The position numbers were made by a program, and so were the translations under genes. The notes below the pieces were generated by a model. That model was not told the origin of the DNA and did no database searches. It was given only the letters and a program-made list of their open reading frames with translations. 50,598 nucleotides of DNA from Gaiellaceae bacterium (GTDB taxonomy: Bacteria > Actinomycetota > Thermoleophilia > Gaiellales > Gaiellaceae), in assembly GCA_036378475.1 (NCBI GenBank), contig DASUWJ010000040.1, forward strand, positions 1 through 50,598, given 5' to 3'. This document shows positions 26,715 through 34,940 of the stretch, one piece after another; the stretch's first letter is position 1; every line of letters starts with the position of its first letter.

Positions 26715-29236
26715 TGAAGGGCTGCCCGCAGGGCTTCCTCGGCCTTCTCGAGGGCGGCCCCGAGCTTTTCCGGGTTGCTGCCCCCGGCCCGTGCCATCGT
26801 CGAGCGGCCGCCCCCGCCACCGCCGACCTCGGCCGCGGCGGCCTTGATCACCGCGACGGCGTCGACCTTGCCTTCCAGCGAGCGGTCGAAGTTCGCGACG
26901 AGGTGGACGCGCCCGTCCTCGTTCGAGCCGAGGACGACGGCTGCCGGCTGGCGCTCCTGCTTGATCCGGTCCGACTCGGCCAGAAGGACGTCCATCGCCA
27001 CGTCGCTCATCCGGCCGACGTAGAGGTTGACGCCGGCGATCTCGGCCTCGGTCTTGGGCTCGACCTTGGCCTCCCTGGCCGCGGCAGGCCTCCGCTCCGC
27101 TTGCTTCCTCGCCCGCGCGAGCTCGGTCCGGAGCTCTTCGGCCTCCTCGGCGCCCTCGCGCAGGTAGGCGAAGGCCTCGCCCGCGGTCACTGCCTCGATC
27201 CGGCGAGCGCCCGCACCCACGGAGCTCTCGGAGAGGATCACGAAGGGGCCGACCTGCGCCGTCGAGCTGACGTGGGTGCCGCCGCAGAGCTCGCGCGAGT
27301 AGCCGTCGACCTCGACCACCCGGACCTCCTCGCCGTACTTCTCGCCGAACAGCATCATCGCGCCCAGCTTGCGGGCCTCGGCGATCGGCGTCACGAAGGC
27401 GCGGACGGGCCGGTTCTCGAACACGATCTCGTTGACCCGCCGCTCGACCTCAGCGCGCTCCTCGGTGCTCAGGGCCTGCGGATGGGTGAAGTCGAACCTG
27501 AGCTTGTCGGGGCGAACGGCTGAGCCGGCCTGGCGGACGTGCTCGCCGAGAACCTCGCGCAGGGCCTGGTGGAGCAGGTGGGTCGCGGTGTGGTTGGCCA
27601 TTGTCGGGAAGCGCACCGACCACGGCACGACCGCCCGGACGCGCTCGCCGACCGTGAACCCCTCCCCCTGGAACCGCAGCACCTGGTCGTCGCCGAAGCG
27701 GATCGCCTGCACGAGCTCCGCGCGGGCCCCCGTGGCCTCGTTCTCGATGAAGCCGAGGTCGGAGACCTGGCCGCCCCCCTCCGGGTAGAAGGGCGACCGC
27801 TCGAGCTTCGCGTCGAAGAGGCCCTCCCCGCGCGGCTCGAGCGCGATGATCGCGGTCAGGACCTCGGTCCGCTCGTAGCCGACGAACTCGCCCCGGCCGG
27901 GGAGCGGCTTCGCCTCGGGCGCGCCGACCGCGCCGGCTCGGGAGATCTCGCGGTGCCGCGCCATCTCGCGCTCGAACTCCTCCAGGTTCACGGTCTGGCC
28001 ACGCTCGCGAGCGAGCTCGACGGTCAGCTCGATCGGAAAGCCGTAGGTCGCCTGCAGGACGAACGCCTCCTCGCCGCCGATCTCGCCCCGGGCAGCGGCT
28101 TCATCGAACAGCTTGAGGCCGCGCTCGAGCGTCTCGGCGAAACGCTCCTCCTCCTCGGTCAGGACGCGCCGGATCTGCCCCCGGTGCTCGACGAGCTCGG
28201 GGTAGGCAGCGCCCATCTGTCCGATTACGACCTCGGCCAAGCGGGCCAGGAACGGCCGTTCGAGCTCGATCCTCCGGCCGTGCTGGGCGGCGCGCCTGAT
28301 CACCCGGCGCAGCACGTAGCCCCGCCCCTCGTTCGAGGGCGTGACGCCATCGCCGACGAGAAACGTCATCCCGCGGCCGTGGTCGGCGAGCACGCGGTGG
28401 GCCTTGGTCGCGTCCTCGGAGTCGCCGTAGCGAAGACCCGACTCGGCCTCGATCCAGTCCATGATCGAGCGGTAGCCGTCCGTGTCGTAGACGGAGATCA
28501 CGTCCTGCAGGGTCGTCGCCGCGCGCTCGAGCCCCATGCCGGTGTCGATGTTCTGCTTAGGAAGCGGCGTCAGCGTCCCGTCCGTCCGGAGCTCGTAGGT
28601 CATGAAGACGAGGTTCCAGATCTCGAGGAAGCGCTCGCAGGAACACCCCGGCTGGCAGTCGACGCGCCCGCAGCCCTGTTCCTCGCCGCGGTCGTAGTAG
28701 ATCTCCGAGTCCGGGCCGCAGGGGCCCGGGCCGCCGACCGACCAGAAGTTCTCGGAGCTCGGCAGCGGCACGATCCGCTCGAGCGGCAGGCCCAGCTTCT
28801 GCCAGAGCTCGATCGCCTCCTCGTCCGGCCCCAGCTTGAGCTCGGGGTCGCCCGCGTGGACGCTCGCCCAGATCCGCTCCCACTCCAAGCCCATCCGCTC
28901 GCGGATGAACTCGCTCGCGAGCTCGATCGCCCCCTCCTTGAAGTACTGCCCGAACGAGAAGTTGCCGAGCATCTCGAAGAAGGTCAGGTGGTAGGTGTCG
29001 AGCCCGACCTCGTCGATATCGGGCGTCCGGAAGCACTTCTGGACGCTCGTGGTCAGCGGCGCCGGCGGCTGCTCGCGGCCGAGGAAAAAGGGCATTTGCG
29101 GCTGCATCCCCGCGCTCGTCAGCAGCGTGGAGCGGTCCGCTGGAGGCGGCACGAGCGAGGCGGAGGGCTGACGGAGATGGCCCTTCTCCTCGAAGAAGGA
29201 GAGAAAACCCGCTCGCAGCTCCGCGGTCGTTCGCAT
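26711..29236 (-). CDS. alaS: Alanine--tRNA ligase
   Basis: From ATG 29236 the protein reads MRTTAELRAGFLSFFEEKGH. It has the class II core, the editing-domain motifs HTATHLLH and CGGTHV, and a C-terminal DHHA1-like domain. Confidence 0.93.
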   Translation of the reverse strand: MRTTAELRAGFLSFFEEKGHLRQPSASLVPPPADRSTLLTSAGMQPQMPFFLGREQPPAPLTTSVQKCFRTPDIDEVGLDTYHLTFFEMLGNFSFGQYFKEGAIELASEFIRERMGLEWERIWASVHAGDPELKLGPDEEAIELWQKLGLPLERIVPLPSSENFWSVGGPGPCGPDSEIYYDRGEEQGCGRVDCQPGCSCERFLEIWNLVFMTYELRTDGTLTPLPKQNIDTGMGLERAATTLQDVISVYDTDGYRSIMDWIEAESGLRYGDSEDATKAHRVLADHGRGMTFLVGDGVTPSNEGRGYVLRRVIRRAAQHGRRIELERPFLARLAEVVIGQMGAAYPELVEHRGQIRRVLTEEEERFAETLERGLKLFDEAAARGEIGGEEAFVLQATYGFPIELTVELARERGQTVNLEEFEREMARHREISRAGAVGAPEAKPLPGRGEFVGYERTEVLTAIIALEPRGEGLFDAKLERSPFYPEGGGQVSDLGFIENEATGARAELVQAIRFGDDQVLRFQGEGFTVGERVRAVVPWSVRFPTMANHTATHLLHQALREVLGEHVRQAGSAVRPDKLRFDFTHPQALSTEERAEVERRVNEIVFENRPVRAFVTPIAEARKLGAMMLFGEKYGEEVRVVEVDGYSRELCGGTHVSSTAQVGPFVILSESSVGAGARRIEAVTAGEAFAYLREGAEEAEELRTELARARKQAERRPAAAREAKVEPKTEAEIAGVNLYVGRMSDVAMDVLLAESDRIKQERQPAAVVLGSNEDGRVHLVANFDRSLEGKVDAVAVIKAAAAEVGGGGGGRSTMARAGGSNPEKLGAALEKAEEALRAALQ

Positions 29237-29420
29237 CGCAGTGATTCTAGGCGCGGCCCAGACCGGCTCCCTCACTCGAACGCGGTGGCTTCAAGGAGTG
29301 AACTTCCGCGAGCCCGGGCGCCGGCGGCCGATGAAGGCTGCGGTGGTTGCCGCCCAGCCGCTGCCGCAGTAGCCAGCGACAGCCGGCGAAGCACGCAGGC
29401 CGGCAATCCAGGAGGAACGA

Positions 29421-31094
29421 ATGAAACGAGTTCTCGTGCTCGCCGCCGCGACCGTGCTCGTCCTGCCCGCAGCTTCCCAGGCCGCATCCTGGCAGGGCGT
29501 CGTGATCGCAAAGAACGGCAAACGCCGGGCAATCGTCACCGCCTCGGCGAACGGAACGGTCCGCACCGCCAGGACACCGGCGGCGCTGTACGGAAAGGTC
29601 GGCCTCGGCGCCCTCGTCTCGGTCCGGGCCGGACTGCTGCCGGACGGCACGTACGCGGCCACCGGCGCAAAGCGGCTTCGCCGAGCCAAGCAGGCGCGGG
29701 TCAACGCCAGCGTCGTCAAGCGGGCCGGCCGGATCCTCTACCTCTCCGGCGGCCAGAGTGTCTTCACGCTCGTGCTACGGCGCGGGGCCGGCAGCAGGCT
29801 CCAGCCTGGCGATCGGATCTCGACCACCGCCGTGATCGGCAAGGCGCAGCTCTTCTGCGACGAGGCCAACCCCGCCGGCCATAGCGACCAGCTCGACCTC
29901 GAGGGGATCTACCTCTCGAGCGACGCCGGCGTGCTCCAGCTCGCCGTCCACGGCCGTGGCCTCGTCAAGGTGACGATCCCGGCCGGCTTCCAGCTGCCGA
30001 CCCTGAACGCCGGCGACGAGCTTTCCCTGTCCGTCACCGTGCAGCCGGACGGCACCTTCACGCTCGTCACGATCGACGACGAAGATGCCGCGGGTAGCGG
30101 CGACGGCGGCTCCGGGAGCGGCGATGGCGGCTCGGGGAGCGGCGACTCGGGCGGCGACGGCAACCCCGTCGACATGGGCAGCGACTGGTTCACCGTCACC
30201 GGCCTGCTCGGCACGCTCTCCCCGGGCCAGGTCTCCGTCAACGTCGAGCATCATCCCGATCCGGTCAGCTGCGCGGTGCCCTCGACGGTCGATCTGTCTG
30301 GCTTCTCGGTCGGCCAGTTGGTCGAGATGAGCTGCAACTTCGCCGACGGCAACTTCGTGCTCGTCTCGCTCAAGTCGCAGACCGCCGAGGTGCCAAACGG
30401 CGGCGACAGCGCGCTCGACCTCAAGGGGTTCATCTCGGCCCTCGGCCCCTCGGCTCTCACGGTCAGCGTCCCCGGCGGCTCGCCGGTCACCTGTGGATTG
30501 AAGCCGGGCGAGGATCTCCGGGGCTTTACCGTCGGCGACTTCGTCGAGATCGGCTGCACATACAGCTCGACCCTCGGGCACTACCTGTTGACTTCGCTCT
30601 CCTCGAGCAGCGCCTCGCTGCAGTGGGGAGATGGCGGACTGTCCCAGTCGTTCGATCTGAGCGGCGCCGTCTCGACGCTCGCGCCGGACTACGTGGCGGT
30701 GCAGGTCGCCCATCACGACCAGCCGGTCGAGTGCAGCCTGCCCGCGGGCATGGATCTGCGCGGCTTCGCGGTCGGTAATGCGGTCGAGTTCAGCTGCGAG
30801 AACGACGGCTCGGGCTTCGTCGTCAAGTCGATCTCCTCCGACTCGGCGAGCTGGCCCGAGAGCGAGATGCCTCAGTTCTCACTCGACGGCATCCTGCGCT
30901 CGATCCGGACGGACGGGGTCAGCGTCCAGGTCCCCGGCCATCCGTCACTCGTCGACTGCGGCATGCCCGCGGGCACGAATCTCTCCGGGTTCGCGCTCGG
31001 CGACACGGTCACGCTGCACTGCCACTACCACGACGGTGGCTGGCACCTTGCGGAGCTCAGCTCCGAGCACGCAGACCTGGTGCTCGAGCCCTAA
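29421..31094 (+). CDS. Secreted repeat protein: three N-terminal barrel-like modules, a Gly/Ser/Asp linker, and four ~70-aa two-cysteine modules
   Basis: The SD aggagg precedes ATG 29421. The Sec signal is MKRVLVLAAATVLVLPAASQA/AS. Four tandem modules have the pattern L.G....L.P..V.V.V.....PV.C..P.G.DL.GF.VG..VE..C....G...L.SLSS (aa 255-548). The modules look DUF5666-like, but this is unverified. Confidence 0.8.
   Translation: MKRVLVLAAATVLVLPAASQAASWQGVVIAKNGKRRAIVTASANGTVRTARTPAALYGKVGLGALVSVRAGLLPDGTYAATGAKRLRRAKQARVNASVVKRAGRILYLSGGQSVFTLVLRRGAGSRLQPGDRISTTAVIGKAQLFCDEANPAGHSDQLDLEGIYLSSDAGVLQLAVHGRGLVKVTIPAGFQLPTLNAGDELSLSVTVQPDGTFTLVTIDDEDAAGSGDGGSGSGDGGSGSGDSGGDGNPVDMGSDWFTVTGLLGTLSPGQVSVNVEHHPDPVSCAVPSTVDLSGFSVGQLVEMSCNFADGNFVLVSLKSQTAEVPNGGDSALDLKGFISALGPSALTVSVPGGSPVTCGLKPGEDLRGFTVGDFVEIGCTYSSTLGHYLLTSLSSSSASLQWGDGGLSQSFDLSGAVSTLAPDYVAVQVAHHDQPVECSLPAGMDLRGFAVGNAVEFSCENDGSGFVVKSISSDSASWPESEMPQFSLDGILRSIRTDGVSVQVPGHPSLVDCGMPAGTNLSGFALGDTVTLHCHYHDGGWHLAELSSEHADLVLEP
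30096..30158 (+). repeat. 21-nt tandem repeat x3 encoding the (SGDGGSG)n linker
   Basis: The units are agcggcgacggcggctccggg / agcggcgatggcggctcgggg / agcggcgactcgggcggcgac. The repeat lies in-frame within the secreted repeat protein. Confidence 0.7.
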
Positions 31095-31105
31095 CGCTCC
31101 AAGCT

Positions 31106-31140
31106 GTGCGGGCCGGCCGGCCGCTCCGGCCGGTCCGCAC
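31106..31140. terminator. Strong GC hairpin, probable bidirectional terminator between convergent genes
   Basis: gtgcgggccggccgg-ccgct-ccggccggtccgcac forms a 15-bp stem with one G:T pair and a 5-nt loop. It lies between the stop of the secreted protein (31094) and the stop of the sigma factor (31152). Confidence 0.55.
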
Positions 31141-31151
31141 CCTGCTCGGCC

Positions 31152-31931
31152 CTACCCGTCTGCGAGCGGTCTCGACTCGAGGCCGGCGCTCTCCTCCTCG
31201 CCGATCTCCTCACGGATCTTCTCGAGCGAACGGCGGATCAGGCGTGAGACATGCATCTGCGAGATCCCGACCTGCTGGGCGATCTGCGACTGCGTCAGTC
31301 CCTTGAAGAAGCGCAGGTGGAGAATCTTGCGCTCGCGCTCGTCGAGCACGCGGAAGCCGGGCTCGAGGATTGCCCGGTCCTCCGAGACCTCGTACTCGTG
31401 CTCCTCGGTGCCGAGCGACTCGAGCGGGTCGAGGTCGCCTTCGTCGTCCTGGCCGGGACCGGCGGAGAGCGAGAGGGAGCTGTAGGCCCGGCCGCTCTCG
31501 AGCGCCTCCAGCACCTCCTCCTCGTTCACCCCCGCCGCCTTCGCGAGCTCGGGGATCGTCGGCGAGCGCCCGAGCTGGACCGTGAGCTCCTCGAGCAGGC
31601 GCGAGAGCTGGATGTTCAGCTCCTGCAAGCCGCGTGGTACCCGGACCGACCAGCCGCGGTCGCGGAAGTGGCGCTTGATCTCGCCGATGATGTTCGGGGT
31701 CGCGTAGGTGGTCAGCTCGACGCCCCGCTCGAGGTCGAAGCGGTCGATCGCCTTGATCAGGCCGATCGCGCCGATCTGGACCAGGTCCTCGAACTGCTCG
31801 CCGCGGTAGGAGTAACGCCGAGCGAGCGAGCGGACGAGCGACATGTACTGCTCGATCAGCTGCTGGCGCGCGGCGAGGTCGCCCTGCTCGTGGTAGCGCC
31901 GCAAGAGCGCCTTGTCGTTCTTCTGCGTCAC
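31152..31931 (-). CDS. RNA polymerase sigma factor, SigB/SigF/SigG subfamily
   Basis: Region 2 is FEDLVQIGAIGLIKAIDRFDLERGVELTTYATPNIIGEIKRHFRD. Region 3 is also present, and region 4 is LTQSQIAQQVGISQMHVSRL. GTG 31931 overlaps the upstream stop (GTGA). An alternative start lies at 31973. Confidence 0.88.
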   Translation of the reverse strand: MTQKNDKALLRRYHEQGDLAARQQLIEQYMSLVRSLARRYSYRGEQFEDLVQIGAIGLIKAIDRFDLERGVELTTYATPNIIGEIKRHFRDRGWSVRVPRGLQELNIQLSRLLEELTVQLGRSPTIPELAKAAGVNEEEVLEALESGRAYSSLSLSAGPGQDDEGDLDPLESLGTEEHEYEVSEDRAILEPGFRVLDERERKILHLRFFKGLTQSQIAQQVGISQMHVSRLIRRSLEKIREEIGEEESAGLESRPLADG

Positions 31932-32350
31932 GCAGGGCCCGCGATCGCGATCCGTTTCTGCAGCTCGATCCACTGGCCGTCCTCACGCGCCTCCGCGCCG
32001 AAGCTGTCGACCACCGTCTCGAGGATCCGGCGCAGCCCGACGCCGTCCTGCTGTCGCTCGAGCTCGCCGGCGACGGCCGGGTTTCGAAACGGTCCGATTG
32101 TGGCTGTGACGACGTCTTGACCGACCAAGAGCTCGACCGTCAGCTCGCCCTCGTCGCCGCCTCGTTCCAGCAGCGAAGCGAGCGCGGTACCGAGATCGTC
32201 GAGGCTCTCGTAGGTCAGGTTCAAGCGCGCGGCGACACCGCCGAGCACGAGCTGGGCGACGTTCTCGAATCCCTCCCCACGCGGAATCGTGAGCAGGATC
32301 CGGTCACCGGCTAGCGTCGCCGGCGTCGGCCTTTTGGGCGATTCGGCCAC
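31928..32350 (-). CDS. RsbW/SpoIIAB-like anti-sigma factor homologue lacking recognisable kinase N-box
   Basis: 140 aa. ILLTIPRGEGFENVAQLVLGGVAARLNLTYESLDDLGTALASLLE parallels the N-terminal half of RsbW (..VP..[40 protein letters not shown]). DGVGLRRILETVVDSF parallels the GGLGLYLMETLMDEV box. The gene lies directly upstream of the sigma gene and is coupled to it. Confidence 0.5.
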   Translation of the reverse strand: MAESPKRPTPATLAGDRILLTIPRGEGFENVAQLVLGGVAARLNLTYESLDDLGTALASLLERGGDEGELTVELLVGQDVVTATIGPFRNPAVAGELERQQDGVGLRRILETVVDSFGAEAREDGQWIELQKRIAIAGPA

Positions 32351-32362
32351 GGGCCCGCGATC

Positions 32363-33619
32363 TTAGTCGCGCGAAGGGGTCACGAGCCCGGCTCCGACCA
32401 CGACGTCCTCGTCGTAGAAGACGACGACCTGTCCCGGCGCGACGCCGTAGGCGGACTGCTCGAGCCGGGCCCGCAGCTTCCCCGCCGCCTGCTCGACCTC
32501 GGCCCGAATGCCCGCTGAGCGATAGCGCCACTTCGCCTCGACCCGGTGTACCGGCACGTAGAGCCGCCCCCGCGCCGAGATCGTCCGGGTCGCCAGCGAC
32601 TCGCGCGGGCCGACGACGACCGTGTTCGTCCGCCGATCGTTCCGCAGGGCATAGAGGGGTCGGCCGACCGCAACGCTGAGACCCCGCCGCTGCCCGGGCG
32701 TGAACCGCCACGCGCCGCGATGGCGCCCGAGCTCCCGTCCGTCCTCGTCGACGATAGCGCCCTCGACCGAGGCGAGACCGTGGCGCTCGAGGAACTCGCG
32801 GTAGTCGCCGCCGCCGAGGAAACAGGCTTCCTGGCTCTCGGCGCGGGCGGCGGCCTGCAAGCCGGCCCGTTCCGCCTCGGCGCGCGTCTCGGTCTTCGTC
32901 TGGCCGCCGAGCGGAAAACTGACCCGGCGGAGGAGCCGCGGGTCGAGCCGCGCCAGCATGTACGACTGGTCCTTGTCCGGATCGGCCGCCCGGGCGATCA
33001 AGAGCCGGCCGCGGTGGCGGACGAGGCGGGCGTAGTGCCCGGTCGCGAGCCGCCCGGCGCCGGCGCGCCCGGCGAACGCGAGCAGCTCGGCGAAGCGGAA
33101 GCTGCCGTTGCAGCGGCTGCAGGGGTTCGGCGTCTCGCCCGCCGCGTAGCCGCGCACGAACGGCGCGACGACCGCACGCCGGAATTCCTCGCGCAGATCG
33201 AGGGTCACGTGCGGCAACCCCAGCCGGTGGCAGGTCTCCCGGGCCGCGATCACCGCCTCGGGCGAGCAGCAGGCGCGCTCGGACTCGGGCGCCGCCGGGT
33301 CGATCCAGAGCCGGAGCGTCACGCCGAGCGCGCTCGGCCCGGCGCGGAGCAGCGCCACCGCGCTGTCAACCCCACCGCTCATCGCGACGGCGACCCGCGC
33401 GGGATCCGGCGCGGCCCTGAAGACCTGGCCGAGCGCGTTCGCGAGCGCGTCGGCGGCGAGCGTCTCGCCCGGAACTGCCGCCGCCTCGAGGAGGGTCAGT
33501 CCCGCGAGCGGGCGCTCGAGCCCCTCCGCGTCGGCGTCGATGATCCGCTCGCCCCGGACGCGGAGCCGAACGAGCGCGAACGCACCCTGGCGGGAGGAGT
33601 CTCCGACGACCTCGACCAT
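32363..33619 (-). CDS. mnmA: tRNA 2-thiouridine(34) synthase MnmA with ~70-aa N-terminal extension
   Basis: The PP-loop RVAVAMSGGVDSAVALL begins at about aa 75. NPCSRCN, GHYAR and DKDQSYML are present. The extension (aa 1-72) is described in the findings. Confidence 0.9.
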   Translation of the reverse strand: MVEVVGDSSRQGAFALVRLRVRGERIIDADAEGLERPLAGLTLLEAAAVPGETLAADALANALGQVFRAAPDPARVAVAMSGGVDSAVALLRAGPSALGVTLRLWIDPAAPESERACCSPEAVIAARETCHRLGLPHVTLDLREEFRRAVVAPFVRGYAAGETPNPCSRCNGSFRFAELLAFAGRAGAGRLATGHYARLVRHRGRLLIARAADPDKDQSYMLARLDPRLLRRVSFPLGGQTKTETRAEAERAGLQAAARAESQEACFLGGGDYREFLERHGLASVEGAIVDEDGRELGRHRGAWRFTPGQRRGLSVAVGRPLYALRNDRRTNTVVVGPRESLATRTISARGRLYVPVHRVEAKWRYRSAGIRAEVEQAAGKLRARLEQSAYGVAPGQVVVFYDEDVVVGAGLVTPSRD

Positions 33620-33816
33620 CGAGTCAGGCTAGCTGTCGCCGGAAAAATGAGTGCCCCACCCTGCCGATACTCCACGCCCGAAGCGAACCTGGCACAGCCA
33701 GGTGGGTGCCCTGTCGGCCGCGGGCAACGCCCTAGCCGAACCCAGGCTCCCTCTCACTTGGTGTTGGTTCTACTTTGTGAGCGCGGTGCACGAACAGGGT
33801 CGAGCACCAAGCGAGC

Positions 33817-34236
33817 TTAGCGGGCGTAGACCCAGTTGATGCGCTGGATCCCCTGGAGGCCGAGATCCTGGGCGAGTGCGGGGGTCAGGTCGAAGCGCCG
33901 GCCCGGGACGACCGGCCGCCGCGCGATCACCTGGGTCAGGATCCGGTTGCTGCGTCCGAACGAGACGAACAGCTTGACGTTGCAGGGCAGCACCGAGTCG
34001 ACGACACCGCGCGTGCTCGACCGGACGAGGACGCCGCAGTTCGTCCGCGTGCCGACCTGGGTCGGCTGGGCGCCGGCGAGCGCCGTGTACCAGCCGCCGC
34101 CCGGGACGACGACCGGCGTCAGCGCGGCGCTCTCGTGGTTCGGGCCGTGCGGAGAGGCAAGGGCGAGCGCCAGCACCGCTCCCAAGAGGGCGACTCCGGC
34201 GAGGGCGACCTCCCGCTGCGCCAGCGCCGCGCTCAA
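33817..34236 (-). CDS. Secreted/anchored RlpA-like double-psi beta-barrel domain protein
   Basis: It has a signal/anchor VALAGVALLGAVLALALASP. The sequence LPCNVKLFVSFGRSNRILTQVIARRPVVPGRRFDLTPALAQDLGLQGIQRINW resembles the RlpA/DPBB pattern LP.g..v.V.n..ngrsv.v.v.DRGP...gR.iDLs.aaa..Lg. TTG 34236 overlaps the upstream stop (TTGA). Confidence 0.55.
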   Translation of the reverse strand: MSAALAQREVALAGVALLGAVLALALASPHGPNHESAALTPVVVPGGGWYTALAGAQPTQVGTRTNCGVLVRSSTRGVVDSVLPCNVKLFVSFGRSNRILTQVIARRPVVPGRRFDLTPALAQDLGLQGIQRINWVYAR

Positions 34237-34940
34237 ACCGGGGTGTAGAGCGACTCTCCGAACGACTCCCGAACGACCGGGTCGAACGTCACCGGCAGCC
34301 GACCGTCGGCGTCCGCGAACTGCCGCAGCTCGAGGAGGAGGAACGCGAGCTCCTCATCACGCGCCGTGTCCTCGCCCTCCTGGGCGTGCGCGATCCGCTC
34401 GAGCTCCCAGACGTTCCACTCGCGCGCGGCCCCATCCCGGCGCGGCAGGTACGCGACCGCGGGCTCGGCACCGCTCGGTTCGGGAATCGGCTCGGGCATC
34501 GGTTCGGGCGTCGGAGGCGGCAGCGACCGAAGCGTGGGCGCAAGCGGCACGGGCTCGGGGGTTGGTGGCTCGGGCTCCGGGGCGGGTGGCGCGGGCTCGG
34601 GAACGGGTCCCGGCGTCTCCGGCTCGGGCTCGGGCGGATGCTCCGCGGCCTGCTCGAGCACGGTAACGTGGGAGCCCTGCGGAGCGGGAACGGGTTCGGG
34701 AAGCGGCTCTTCGGCCTCGTGCTCACCCGGGCGCCCGAGGAGCCAGCCGAGCCGGCCGGCCGGCGTGGAGGCGCGCTGCTGGAGCGCGGCTCGCTCGAGG
34801 AAGCTGACGAGCACCCAGGCGCCCGCCATCGCCGGGACGATGCCGAGCCAGCTCAGATGCACCGCCCAGCAGACCGCGGCTACGACGACGAGGAACGCGG
34901 CCTCGAGCACGAACCTGACCCGCGAGGCGGTGATCTTCAT
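34233..34940 (-). CDS. Hypothetical 2-TM membrane protein with Pro/Glu-rich linker and conserved-looking C-terminal domain (paralogue of the upstream gene)
   Basis: 235 aa. The N-terminus RFVLEAAFLVVVAAVCW...IVPAMAGAWVLVSFLE parallels the upstream protein. The PEPEPE-type tract spans aa ~75-150. The C-terminus is REWNVWELERIAHAQ...LAFLLLELRQFADADGRLPVTFDPVVRESFG. It has an ATGA overlap with the upstream gene. Confidence 0.7.
   Translation of the reverse strand: MKITASRVRFVLEAAFLVVVAAVCWAVHLSWLGIVPAMAGAWVLVSFLERAALQQRASTPAGRLGWLLGRPGEHEAEEPLPEPVPAPQGSHVTVLEQAAEHPPEPEPETPGPVPEPAPPAPEPEPPTPEPVPLAPTLRSLPPPTPEPMPEPIPEPSGAEPAVAYLPRRDGAAREWNVWELERIAHAQEGEDTARDEELAFLLLELRQFADADGRLPVTFDPVVRESFGESLYTPV

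Noticed and set aside
33620-33816. 197-nt intergenic region upstream of mnmA with several short hairpins (acctgg-cacag-ccaggt; ctcacttggtg...caccaagcgag) and an AT-richer patch, considered as a possible small RNA or riboswitch
   Set aside because: It has no resemblance to any RNA family I can recognise (SRP, 6S, tmRNA, RNase P or the common riboswitches). Hairpins of this size are expected by chance in GC-rich DNA. It is more simply a promoter or leader region.
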